Notes under the pieces: generated by a model
What the model was told of the DNA's origin: nothing
What the model saw: only the letters and a program-made list of their open reading frames with translations
Database searches by the model: none
Shown here: positions 23,926 to 36,200 of the stretch, one piece after another
Position numbering within the stretch: the stretch's first letter is position 1
Layout of the letters: each line of letters begins with the position of its first letter
From: Raillietiella orientalis
Taxonomy: Eukaryota
Direction: 5' to 3'
DNA: 64,000 nucleotides
Assembly (NCBI GenBank): GCA_036172245.1
Contig: JAYWIR010000026.1
Coordinates: 248,001 to 312,000 of the forward strand
Translations under genes and position numbers: made by a program

Positions 23926-24964
23926 GGAAACGGAACTTGCCGGTCTACAGACCGGTGACCGACAAGTTGCAGTGGCCTGGTGAACCAAGTAGTTCACCAC
24001 AGGAACGTTAATTGCATTTTTATTATTTTTATAATAAATGCCTGGCAAATCCGGGTGATAAACCTCCATACCAATGCACCTGACTGCAGCGGCAAAAGAA
24101 AAGACGATCACGGGAACTTTGCTGCACTCTTTTTCACCCTCAAGGTCAAGTTTCTTGTGAGGAGTGGATTCTTTGACGGGGGGTCCTCTTTTGAGTGCGC
24201 GAAACTCGCAAAAGGAGATGCAGGCTTTCGTCCCCGATGGCCGCTCTAGAAGGAAGGAAAGAAGTCAGGTTCGCTCGCAGAGCCTCTCGGCTGAGAAAGC
24301 AGATGCCCGGAGGCGCGTGCGACCTTGAGGGAGCAGCATCGTCAGAGCAACCGAAAAGTTCCACGGCTTCGCAATGTCTCGGCAAGTCGGGCACTGGGAT
24401 GTGTCTGGGAGCGCGGCACGCGCCACTGAACGCACCTCGCCCTTCGCGGAGCCTCTCCCGTGCTTTCAGGGCGGCAGAGCCGCGTAGGTCCGACCAGGCG
24501 GCCACAAAGAGCGAGTCAAGAGGCTCGTGGGCGGAGAGGCACTTCTTGCTGGTGGGGCACGGGCCGCAGGTAACCCACCCGCAGGCGGGGAGACCAGCGT
24601 CCGGGTTTCGCGTGTCCGTGGGCCGTCGACGCTGGCGTGCGCGCCACCCTGCACAACCTGCAGCAGAGTCTCGATGGCAGTCGCGTCCGTCTGCGCTCAA
24701 CGCATGGTCGCCGCCATTTTGTAGGTGCTCAAGAAGGGAGGAGTCGCTTCCGAATGCGGGCTGTCCAGGAGACTCATGTGAGCGCCCTGTGGCTGGAGGG
24801 CGGAGCCGCAGGGCAGCTGAAGAGCGCCAGGGGGGGGGGACCCTGGAGCTCTTCAGGTCGTTTTCCCTGTCCCGCGGTGAACTGGAGGAACTGGAGAGGG
24901 TACCTTTGACCCCTATAAAGCACTCAGGAACCGTTCGCCTAGGGGGTTTCGAAGCTTTTTGAGG

Positions 24965-25495
24965 CTGCGCACGCCACCCGAGGGTGCGTGGTAACTCTTC
25001 AAGTTAGGGGGCAACCTCGTAGGGATCACCCCATTGATTCAGGAAGGTTCCACAGAAGGGAATCCGTTCCTCTTATGCCTGGGAGGGGAACCTCTTCCTT
25101 ATTCTCTCCGGAGGGAACTCTGAAAGGATCCACCCTTTCTTTGCTACTCCCCTGGACGAATGGACGCTTCCCAATCTCTCCGGAGGGCCGTTTCCCAAAG
25201 GAAGCAGCGTCCTCCTTACAGTCTGAAGAGATAGCCCTCCGAGGAGAATATCAACCAGTTCCATGGTACGTGATAATACGGCTCCGTTCTCGCAGCTGAA
25301 GGAGAGCTCCGAAGGGCTCTTTGGCTGCTGGAAGGACCCTAGAGGGTGAACTTCCAACACCAGTCACTTTACGGGGTCATCCTTTCCCCGGCTTCCAGCG
25401 GAGCCGCACCTTTTGCTGGACTGTGTCACCAGCGTCATCTTGCGGGGGGAACTTGAACTCACGACGCACCCCCATATCTCGGCTTCGATCCTTTA
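24965..25495 (-). mobile_element. Headless copy of the SINE-like family
   Basis: The reverse strand has GGGTCCTTCCA, CATGGAACTGGTTGATAT and CCCCTAACTTGAAGAGTTACCACGCACCCTCGGGTGGCGTG. Confidence 0.75.
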
Positions 25496-25529
25496 TTTTT
25501 CCCCGGTCACTCCAGGGCGTTTATTGTAA

Positions 25530-27400
25530 AGGAAAAAAAAATTCCGCCTTTTGCTGGCAGAAACGCGGCCATTTTGCCGTCTTCCTCACGAAGAAGCGGA
25601 CGATTGGGATGACCGCACCTTTCGACCGCCCTCTTCCGGAGCGGCTTCTCGCCGCCGCCGCAATCCCTCGAAGGCAGCACTGAGCTGAGCAGAGCAGGCG
25701 AAATCGAGTCGCGCGCGAAGCGTGGCGTCGTCCTGCCGTCGTCCATCGGCAGTGGGAGGGCCGCAGCGAAGCGTCTGCAGGCGCTCTGGAGGGAGACGCA
25801 ACAGGTGCGGGAAGTTTTCCCAGCCCCCGCACCTGGCACTGTCCCTCGTCCAGTTGCGGACTCGCACGCCGCTTGGGATCGCCCAGTGCGACAACTGTAA
25901 TGCCGAGTCCTGCCCCACTTCATGGCTGCAAGCTCGTGCTGTTTCTTTCCGCTCACGCCTGAACTGTTCCCAGCGTCCAGGTACCACGGTCGCCAGGGCG
26001 GCAAGGAAACCCAACCGCTCTCCAGGACCGAGGCGGCCATTTTCTGGAGCTGGCACCCTGGTCTCGGGGCAACTCTCGGCCGGTGGCCATGCTCGAGGAG
26101 GGTACCGAGTCCCTCGGCTCCGGCTGCTCTCTTGGCCAGGGATCCGACGCGGAAGCACCAGTGTGTTCTCCAGAAATTCCCTGCTAGGGCTCATCTTGGA
26201 GCTGATGCTCCACCCTCTCCAGCATCAGGAGACCGAGTCCAGCATCCCGAAGCGGCGCGCACACAATTCCTTCAAGCGGACCCTGGATCTCTGCACTCCC
26301 CAGAGCTCGGAGGGAAGGTTGCGCCACTCATGGAGCTGCCCTTGCGACCGCGCTCAGGTGCGGAAGAGGTGGGTCGGATGGTGCCGCATTTCGGGGAAGA
26401 CTGCAGCAGCGGGCATGTGCCAAGAGCTCTGGCAGCGACCTCCTCAGGCAGGTGGGACGTCCTCTGTAACGATTCCTTTCAGAAGCTCTGCGACCAGAGG
26501 AGGGTGTGCGCCTCACCGTCGAACGCCGGTGCGGGTGGAGTCAGCCCTGTTTCCAGAATGGCACAGACTCGAACAGGAGGAGAAGACTATGGTGGAAGTG
26601 GATGATGTCCTGGGTACAGCGGTGGAGGGAAGCGCATGAGCGATGCACCCCACATGGGAGGGCGCCTCTGCATTGCCGGGAGCCGCTAGCGGTAGACGGT
26701 GCAGTGGACGACTCACCTTCCCCTCGTCCGCCGCGCAGTCTGCCGCCACCCCCGTTGCGTCGTCAAGGAGACGTCCTTCTGACTTCCCGTTCCCTTCCCC
26801 CCTACTTTCACAGCTTTCCCGTGACACCGGCTTGCTGCAAAGCAGCGAGCTGGCAGGCGGGCGGCAGCTGCGGTTGAGCGGACGATCCTTCGAATCGAGG
26901 GAGACGAAGCAGCGGTAACCGCATCAAGCAGGTGGGGGGACCCCAGCGAGGTACCATAATGAGAGCTACCGAAGCACGGTGAGGCACAGATTCGTTTTTC
27001 ACGCAGTGAAATGACGAGCCTCGCAATCCACGCCGAGCCGGGGCTGACCTGTTCAAGGCACAACCGGGACCACGGAGGAAGACCACGTCTTCGTTGAATG
27101 ATCCGGCGGGGCAGCAGCGAGACAAATGGATCCCTCGGAGGACCCTGCAAGCCAATTGCGAACCGCGTAATCGCCAGCTATTCGTTGAGGTGGGACCACC
27201 TCGTTGACGAGGTCGGCAGAAGCCAGACCGCGGTTGCGGCAGAAAGGTTCTTTCCTTGTTTGTTGCACTCAACCTCGAAATTTCCGATGGAACTTCGCTG
27301 ATCGGCGGCAAGAAATCGGAAGCCACCGCTCGTCGCCAGCCACCCAATACTCAGCTCATCCCCCGCCAGCAAAGGTTGCAAGCCTGTGGGCAGTCAGTCG
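25530..27400 (-). mobile_element. L1/Tx1-like LINE fragment (decayed RT to zf-RVT)
   Basis: HWAIPSGVRVRNWTRDSARCGGWENFPHLL and AQCCLRG; nucleotide homology to 4560-4742; weak RT traces upstream. Confidence 0.6.
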
Positions 27401-28629
27401 CGAGAAAGGTCGTTCGTTCTACCGATTCGTTCGTTTCCACTGATGAGTGATGGGGCGCAGCCTTCCAGTCACCAGATCAGTGGGTGGCTCTTCCTGATGT
27501 ATCTCTTTCTCGACCAAGAAGAACAATTTGCCTTTTCATCTGGAAGTTTCCACCGATATAATTTTAAAATACTGAGAAGGTGATTTGGTAACTCTGAGCG
27601 CATGGCCGCGAACGCAATGGGCCGATATCCTTCCGTACAAAGGAGTTCGTGCATATCGAAAAACAAGGTGAAGCATTCAAAAAGGGTCACACGAGAAATT
27701 AAGGAGCAAGGAAGATCTGATGACAGGTGTTTCTGAAGCGAATCCGATATTCTTCGCAGATTATTCATTGAGGTTGTAAAAGAAATCCAAGTCGGTCGAT
27801 AATTCCTGAGTCAATGCCTTCAGTTCATCAAAAGCGTTAAGGAATGATAAGTTAAACATAAACGGAGGCAAAGGTGTGATAAATAACTTCAGCAGCAATA
27901 AGAGATAAAAGAAATATCTCATACATTTGATTTCCGAATTGTCAGATGTATGAGTTGTGAGTCGCAACTCATACATTTGACTCAGACTCAACATCCAGGA
28001 GGTCTGAAAATAATACCAAGGATTAAGATAACGACGCTTAGCTGTCAAAATTCCAAATATCTTCTGAAGCGTATAAGGACAATAATAAGAAAAAAATATG
28101 CGATGAAGTAAGATAGTTATCAGGGAAGTTTCTATTTGTAACAGTATATTTTGAATAGGAATTATGTTTCTCAGTGCGAAAGATTCATGGATGAAACTAA
28201 CGATTGCAGGTCCAGTAAAGGGAAAGGAAGAAACTTTCATCTGAAAATCAGTGAAAGGTAATGATGGTGATTCTGTCCTGTACTATACAGCATTGGATCA
28301 ACACAAAGTCCGAGGTAATTGTAACGGTGGGAATTTGATCGTACTAATTCTGCGTATGCTTTTCGTGTCCAAGCTGTTGGCCTCGCTTTGGAGGATTTCG
28401 TTGTGGAGTTGTGGCTTGCTGACAAGTTGCTGCGATGGAAAATAGCATGGCGTCTTCGAAAATTCCACTACCGTCGTTTCCCACCCGGGTGCGCCGGGGC
28501 ATTTATTGCTAAAATATCCAGGAACAGAGTTCCCGGACAAAGGACACAGAAGAGACGAAGGGGGGGGGATCCCCGACACGCAGGTCGGTATGCCGAAAGT
28601 CCGGAACGGGAGGGAAGGGACCACAAACA

Positions 28630-29250
28630 CACTACTATATAAAAAAATAAAAGAAAAATATGGAGGGCAGGGGACAGGGGTCTTTGGTAAGTCCGTTCCT
28701 TCCTTTCAAAACCGGCGATGGATGCCGGCGATCTCTCTCCTTACGCCCTGTGGCAGATGAGCCCACTGGGCAGCCGACGACATGTTTGCGCTGGCTAATC
28801 CGGTGGGCTGACGAAGGATGCCCAGCTTCTCCAACTCTCGGTGGGCCTTGTCGATGGCGCGGGTGCAACACACGGTTGCAACGACAGCACCCAATGACAG
28901 GCCGCCTGGCGTGAAGAAGCGGCGCATCAAGTCTCTCGCGGTGTCCCCCTGGTGCAGGAGAGCTGAGGCCAGCCTCCGCCACAGTCCTTGGAGGGCACCG
29001 CAGTCCAGGAGCAGGTGCGGGAGCGTTTCCACTTCCCCGCATCGCTTACAGTTCGGGGAGACAACTCCCCAGGAAACACGGTTCGTCCGCTGGTTGGAGT
29101 GAAAACCCCAATGCACCAGCATGATGACGTCCTGCTTCCACGAAAGGGGGAACACAGAAGTGTTCAGACAGGAGGGAGGGACCACAAGTTCTTTGGGGGG
29201 CACACTCAAATGTTCACTCTACCGAAGGAGTCCCTTCGGGATGTGGCGAG
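28630..29250 (-). mobile_element. L1/Tx1-like LINE 3' fragment
   Basis: ORF 28706..29209: MLVHWGF..VSPNCKRCGEVETLPHLLLDCGALQGLW..ATVCCTRA. Confidence 0.75.
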
Positions 29251-29649
29251 GTATATAAGCATCTGCTTTTATATACCTAAATCCGTGTGGACTTCTACGC
29301 ACTAGCATGTCTCCAGCCATCATGAAAATTCTGAATTGAAATGTGTACACGAAATCAGAAAGTTGCAATTCGTATTATATCTTGGAAATTTGAGAATAAT
29401 AATGATTAATTGATAAGTTTATAATCAAACGGTTTGAAATATAATCACTACTTTGATGAACGAATTAGTCATTGAAAATCAACATATTTAATTTCAATAA
29501 GCTTGAACGGTTAATGCGAGACATATTCAGCATTCCGAAAAATTATGTACCACAGGTGATTCCAGTAGAACAAGTTGAATTAACAAATTTCTCTGGAGTT
29601 ACTATATAAAAGTCTTATACAAGGCTCGATTTATATTTTATTTTGTGTA

Positions 29650-30300
29650 TGATATTCGAATGCACTCAGTTAGTTAAAAGTACATGATGAATACTGCAAC
29701 TTTCCGTTCCGCTAAATTTCGTGTCTGCACATTCACACATCTAATCTACACATTCACACAAAATTTATGCGCGCGAATAACTAAATTCTTTCTATGCACT
29801 GTGCAGTGTATGTGGAACTACGCACACTCAACGTGCATGCACTGTAGCATTCGTTGCAGTGTGCACGACGGACGTGCACTGCATAGTTCATCGTACAGTT
29901 TCCCGTACCGTGCATAGCACTGGACTGAGTGCTTCGAAAACACGAAACTTCCTCGGATTTTCGTGCCGCAATTCGGTGCAGGGCGATGGAGATGTGGCAA
30001 CCGTGCGGAGGGGCAGTCTCGTGCGGCGCGTGTCGGCGGCGAGGGGTTGCGGGAAGGAGCGCGCGTGCGGGGGTGCACGTAAGCGTGTGCACCGTGTTTG
30101 CCGCCATCGGTGTACCGCCGTGTTACGTGTCGCGTGTTCGAACGACCCCCAGGTGTTCACGGACGCGAATTCCCCGAAATGAACTTCAGCGACGGGTGCA
30201 TCATCCTCTCGTTCTGCATTCTCTGACGTGTGCAATGGGCAGCGGAATTTTCGTCAGTTGATGAAGAAGCGCAGACGGAGAATTCGTATTCGAATTGCCC
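29650..30300. promoter_or_regulatory. CpG-rich putative promoter of the zinc-knuckle gene
   Basis: Local GC/CpG island directly upstream of a CpG-poor gene body; rich in TGCAC/GTGCA words. Confidence 0.4.
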
Positions 30301-30389
30301 TCCATAGGATTAGAATTGCTGAGGGCCAAACACTATGAACATGTATAGTGGCCCTTCGTGTAGAGTTGCCATCAATTGATCCTGTCAGC

Positions 30390-33246
30390 ATGGAACTGGA
30401 TCAAGAATCATTTCTTGATCAAGGTGTTGATTCAAGCGGCTCTGATACAGAGTGCTTGGATGATGTAGAAATTCTGCTTTATAATGAACTGTATCACGAG
30501 CCCTTAAATATTGAAGAAGAGAGGTGGATAGCAAATGATCCAACCAGTGTATCAGCAAACGATTCGCAGAGTTCTCTGTCGACATCTGCCACGTTTTCAT
30601 ACACAAAATCCCCAGAGAGAGTGGTAAATGGTACAGTGGAATCGAAGGAAACTGATTCGGAAATTGAAATTTTGGACTCTACTAATATACCCTGCGAAAA
30701 CACAGTGTGTGCCAATAACACGCAGAAAACAAACTCTCGCTGGAAAAATGCTAAGCGTAAAGTTGCAGGGAATGCTGATGAGGAATCCACTGATTCGCCT
30801 CCGATTCAAAAAGGTGAACTTATCTTGAATCTGAAGAATGGTGTGGTGCCTGTAAACCATACTGAATCATTTAGTCCGATTAAAGCCTCCCAGCCAAGAC
30901 TCTCGTATACTGAAAGACTCCTTATGTGGGAAGAGAGAGTGCTTAAAGAAGGAGGTACCATGGATGCTGTCAAAAAGGTGATGTGTCAAGACTATGACTC
31001 GGATACCAGTGATGATATGGATGTTAATGAAGTATTGAGCCAGATGAGTGGTAAGGCTGATCACTTGAATACTTTTATGAAAATTGCACGGGTTCATACG
31101 TTGTTTGCTCTGAAATTTTCAGAAAGTTTGATCCATATATTATAAAGCAATGCTGGTTCCCCAATCTTGCTTTTATGTTTGTAGATGGCAACTGGGAAGT
31201 GGATCAAGAAGATTGTATGAAGTCACTATGGAGATATCACTCTCCTCATCTCTACTGCAGAAATTGCCAGAAGTTGGGGCATAATCGAGCTAATTGTCCA
31301 GAATTTTTTCGTAGTCCTTCTTGTTACATATGTGGTAATTATGGGCATCAAGCCTGGAAGTGTGCAGGCCGTCATTTTTGTATTGAAGTAAGTGGGATTA
31401 TTATTATACAGCATCTTAAGAAGTAATCACAGTGTATATATTCTTCACATTCCATTAGTAGATGTCCAGCACAGCAGCATAATAATTGTAAATTGTGTAA
31501 TATGAAAGGACACCAGGCTCAAGTTTGCCCTGATTTGTGGCGTCGCTTCTATCTAACGGTGAATATTCACCTAGATGGGAATTGAAACTGTTGTACTTTC
31601 AGACTGAAGTTCAGGGTACTTTCCAATTGATACGCCAGCAGAATAAGCAAACTGATAGACCTAGGTTCTGTTATCATTGTGGAGCTAGAGGACATATTGC
31701 AAGTGATTGTGTCAAAGCCATGGCCAGTTGTTCATGGCCATATGTGATCAGTTATATGAATCCCATTCAGCATTTAAAGAAGCTCAAAATTCCTGTAAAC
31801 CTGAGAAGGACGAAGCTTCTTCAAACAGTTACGTTGCCTGTGGTGCCTAAAGGAAAACAGGAAGTGCTTATCAAATTGAATCGCATTCAGACAAAATGTC
31901 TTCAAAGTAGCAATCATGCTAAACTAAGATACTTACAATACATATGCAAAGCACAGGTTTTAACACCAAGTTTCTCTCACACTGCAATACTACATTTGAT
32001 GGGTACCAGTGAGGAAATTAAAAAAGTGCTGGAAGTCTTGAATGGTTTGGTTAAAGGCAAACCCTTGAATTTTCTGACTCCAGTAAACAATTTGAGGAAT
32101 TTATCCAATTCTCTATGTCATGATGAAACAGTTAGAAGCTTACAGCAACAAGAGAGCAGTAATAGAGATGCAGTTAAAAATTCTCTCTCTCAAAATTCTG
32201 TATCTCAGCAGTCAGACAACTGTTTTCAGATCTTAAAAGATAGCAGTAAGAAACTTTCATGCTCGAAAAAGTGCAAGTGCTGTGAACACATTCGTCCCAA
32301 TCCTTGGACAAGTACATCCAGTGGTGCAAAAATATCTGAACCAGATATTAAAATGGAAGCATGTGAACCAACAATGTTTATCCAAAAGAAACCACTGGAA
32401 AATGACAATATGCAGATAACAGATATGTCACAATCAGTAGCAACTCAGCTGAAAGATTGCGAGACAATGCCTTCCATTCAAAGTCAGTCTGTTCCGTACT
32501 TGCCTACTAGTACCAGAACTATGCATCATGACTGGGATGGGATGTTGCATAGTGTAGATACCCAAAAATGTGGTTGTTGTGGCTTTTTGCACCCTTTGGA
32601 TTCTTTGAATTGTGATTGTACTCGATCTTACCATCTTTCATTACCAAGAATGACAATGGAGCTATTAACTCATATAAGGAGAGCTCTTTCTGATCAAATT
32701 CCACTGTCTAAAATACTTCCCTTGTTACACAAATTCCCTGAAGCTTTAAAAAATTACCGCAGCAATTCCTCTGGACCTAACAAACGCAAGTTGTTGTCCT
32801 TATTATACATGATCAATTCATTGTATTATGGTACATTGCGACTGGATGGAGTTAGAGCTCAGTTGTTGTTGGATCTAAAAAAACTGAAAAAATCCAGCTG
32901 TATCCCAGTCCAGGATTTACGTGAGCGTATTTCCCGAAATTTTGGCATGCTTTTTTCTGGCTATCATTGCAGTGGGGCTTTGTGTAGGTTGGAATGCTTG
33001 GTGAAAGTAAGATACTCAATGTTACCAACTGCCCCATTATCTCAGTCAGCAGTATCTGTTCTACCCAGTCACCTTCTAGATCAGTCGCACTCAAAGCAAA
33101 AGTCAAAAGCTTTATCCTCTGAAAAGTTGAAAACTCAGATTGCAAGTAGTGATGATCATCCAAGAAATCAGACAAACAGCTCTCAAAATAATGATTTACT
33201 GTTACACCTTCTTAAATACTTTAATGATTTAGCACCAAAAAAGTGA
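30390..33246 (+). CDS. ZCCHC7: Air1/Air2-ZCCHC7-like zinc-knuckle protein (TRAMP subunit family), 877 aa; exons 30390-31050, 31185-31387, 31433-31558, 31603-33246
   Basis: Five CX2CX4HX4C knuckles (CRNC..H..C, CYIC, CIEC spanning an intron, CKLC, CYHC). The knuckle 4-5 linker CPDLWRRFYLT matches the Air/ZCCHC7 IWRxY motif. Frame is preserved across 3 introns (2634 nt). The start codon is less certain. Confidence 0.85.
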
Positions 33247-36200
33247 ATGAATAATTGCACTTTATGCACTGTTTCCCTTGACCATGTGAAAAGATGAGGT
33301 TAACGATCAAATTTAAAATTCTCGTAAAAATTTGTTGGAAGTGAGTAGTGTTTATTCCAGTTTATGTCAAGACCAGCGAAAACTGATTCCTCTGTGCAAA
33401 ATGAGATGGTGAATTGGCAAAAAATACGAGGCAAAGCTGCATTCATCCATTGTTGGAAACATATATCGTCATTTTTATCAAAATTGAGTATAAGAATTCC
33501 ACATTTACTTTTGCACTGACTGTTTCAAACTGTGCTGCATAAAAGAATTTTCAAATTTACTGTATGATTAGAAATGTATTGTTTCTCAGTGTGTATGCAC
33601 TTATTGAATCTACTGTATTTCTTATACTTCAGTCTTTCAATGCCACTGTTAGATGCAGTTATTTTAATAAATTACATAAGACACTTTCCTGGGTACCTAT
33701 GCCAAAATTTTCATTTGTACCAGTAATTAAATTAATGTTATTTTTTCCCCAAACATTTACACTCATTCGTGTTACAATGAATTTATTTTCTTGGAATGCT
33801 TACATACAATTTTAATGGAAGCATCAAGGTAAGAAAACTGGAACTTGCATGCATGCCTGTTAAGGACATGGAAATGAAGACCTATTTGTTGATGGAGGGC
33901 ATTACGATAACTCAGTTGAGGCAGACCAAAAAGAAAATCATGTGATACATACACATATGCATGTATGTATTACCTATATGCATGTATCACTTGATCTAAT
34001 TACCAGTAAATGGGCAAACAATCTACATACTCTGGAAAATATTTTGCATTACATCTTACAGCAAAGAAAGCTTGTCATTTCTTTAAAATGTGTCAGGTTC
34101 AAACAAGGACTTTCTTCCGAAACTGCTATTAATTGCACAATGTTCTGTTGACGAGCAGTCCCATATTGAATGCATCCTTTTACATGAAAATGAAAAAACA
34201 CCAAAAAATGAAACACCAACCACATGCTTCATTGGAGGCATTCATGGTTATTTTGACTTGAATTCTGTATCATCTTTGGACAAGGCATTATGATGAGTGT
34301 TTTCTCCATTTTGTCTGCATATTTATTGACTTGGAAAAAAATGACTTAAGAACTCATTTCTATGCACTCACGATGTTGAGCAGTTTACACCTGTTTTTTC
34401 CTTTCAGTGCATTTATTCTGATTCTGATGTTTTCAATCACTTTAGGTTTGCAATTATTCCTTTCAGCATCAAGTTATTTGCTATTTTTCATTTCTTAAAT
34501 AGTTTTTATTCATTTCATCATGAAGAAAACAATTTCTCTTGATAAATCGTGAACTATTTCTGCAAGAGTAATTCTCTTGATCAAGTAGTACCAATTTACT
34601 TGCTTTATGATATGACCACTACACTCAACAATACTTCGAGTTATTTTGAAATAATAGTAAGTAAAAGTTCCGATTTCACTCTGCCTTATTGCTTTCGATA
34701 TTCTCTAAAATTACTGACAAATCCAAAAAAAGAAAAGAAAAGAAAAAGGTGATTGCATGCATAAACTTCAGTGAAGTTACCACAATCTACAGAATACAAA
34801 ATGCAACACTGTACAAATTCCTAAATAATGCAAAATGGTATAATTGATAAAATTGTCTGTCCTAATCTGAAAAAGATTTTGGAATAAAGGAAAGATCTTG
34901 GAAAAAGAAAAAAAAATGAAAACTTCCAATGGGCTCCTGATGTTTCCAGAATAATTGCGACATATGGGATATTGGACTGTGTAGGTCTACCTACTCCTAT
35001 AAAATCCAGGAACTGCATACAGAAAAACAAAATAAATTCTCTTTACGTTTATCAAGAAGAACTAAGTTTTGCAAATACACAACTTTGAAAGTGTAGAGAA
35101 TAAAACAGGAAAAAATTATTGAATGACCCATGCTGATTTATCAAGTAAATAAAAGTATCAGTTTGAATTTTTGATCATTTATCATGACTCTCTTTTCCGT
35201 GAAGAAATTAACGATTTTTCATCGCACCCTTTTGAAGTTCTATAAGAATAAAAATTAGGGTGGTTTGATTATTGGTAGCAATGTATACGTGATCTTGGAG
35301 AAAATAGCATTCCTCATAAGCATAAGATTAACTAAAACATACAAAAAAATGAAAATTGATCTCACATGGATGCAAACAGAATCAGATGTGGGCATGTCAT
35401 CTAGCAACAATACCAAGAATTAAAGAATTCTGGAGTGAGGACCTTGTAATAATAATGTACCAATTAAGTACCATTACAGAACCAACAACATCATAGATAA
35501 GTGAGAAAAGTCCCATGAAAATAAAAAGTGCTGAACAGTCAGCATTAGTAGGATCCATATGACAGACAATCCTAAACAAATCCATCTTGCAAATCAGAGG
35601 AAGCTTCTCCCACAGAAAGAAAAAAGGCATCGAGAAATAAAGGAAAATAATGAAGTGGAAAAAAGCAGAAAAAGAACATATGCAAACTGCTCCATTGGGA
35701 AAGTATCAACAGTGAAGTGCCAGAAATGTGATGAAGACAAATTCCCAATGCAGAACATATCACTCAGACTCTGTGGGAGCAAAACTGCCACCAAATACAT
35801 TAGAAAATTTATTTCTCTTATTATGAAGGTTTGCAATGTGGAAAGAAACCAAAGTGCTGGTCTCAGAACACTGCAAACTGGATTGCCACCTGAAAGAAAC
35901 ACAAATGCATATCTTCAGTTACAGTATTCTAGCTGGCAATTGGAAATGTAACAAACCTTACAGGTAAAAGGAGAGGCAACTCCTGATAGGAATTCTAATA
36001 GGGGAAGATGACATTACAAAATATGATGTAATAGTACACATGCACCTAACATTCTTCCATTGAAAGGTGGAATATGAAAACTGGAAAATGGACAACAGTT
36101 AAGGGGGTAAGCAAGGGACTCCTGAAGAAGGAATTACCATGAACAAGTGCAGAAAGGTTTCATCAAAGCTTTCCCTACATTTAATAAAAAGGAGTATCAA

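Noticed and set aside
24040..24100. U1 snRNA-like sequence (CCTGGCA...)
   Set aside because: No ATACTTACCTG 5' end, Sm site or U1 stems.
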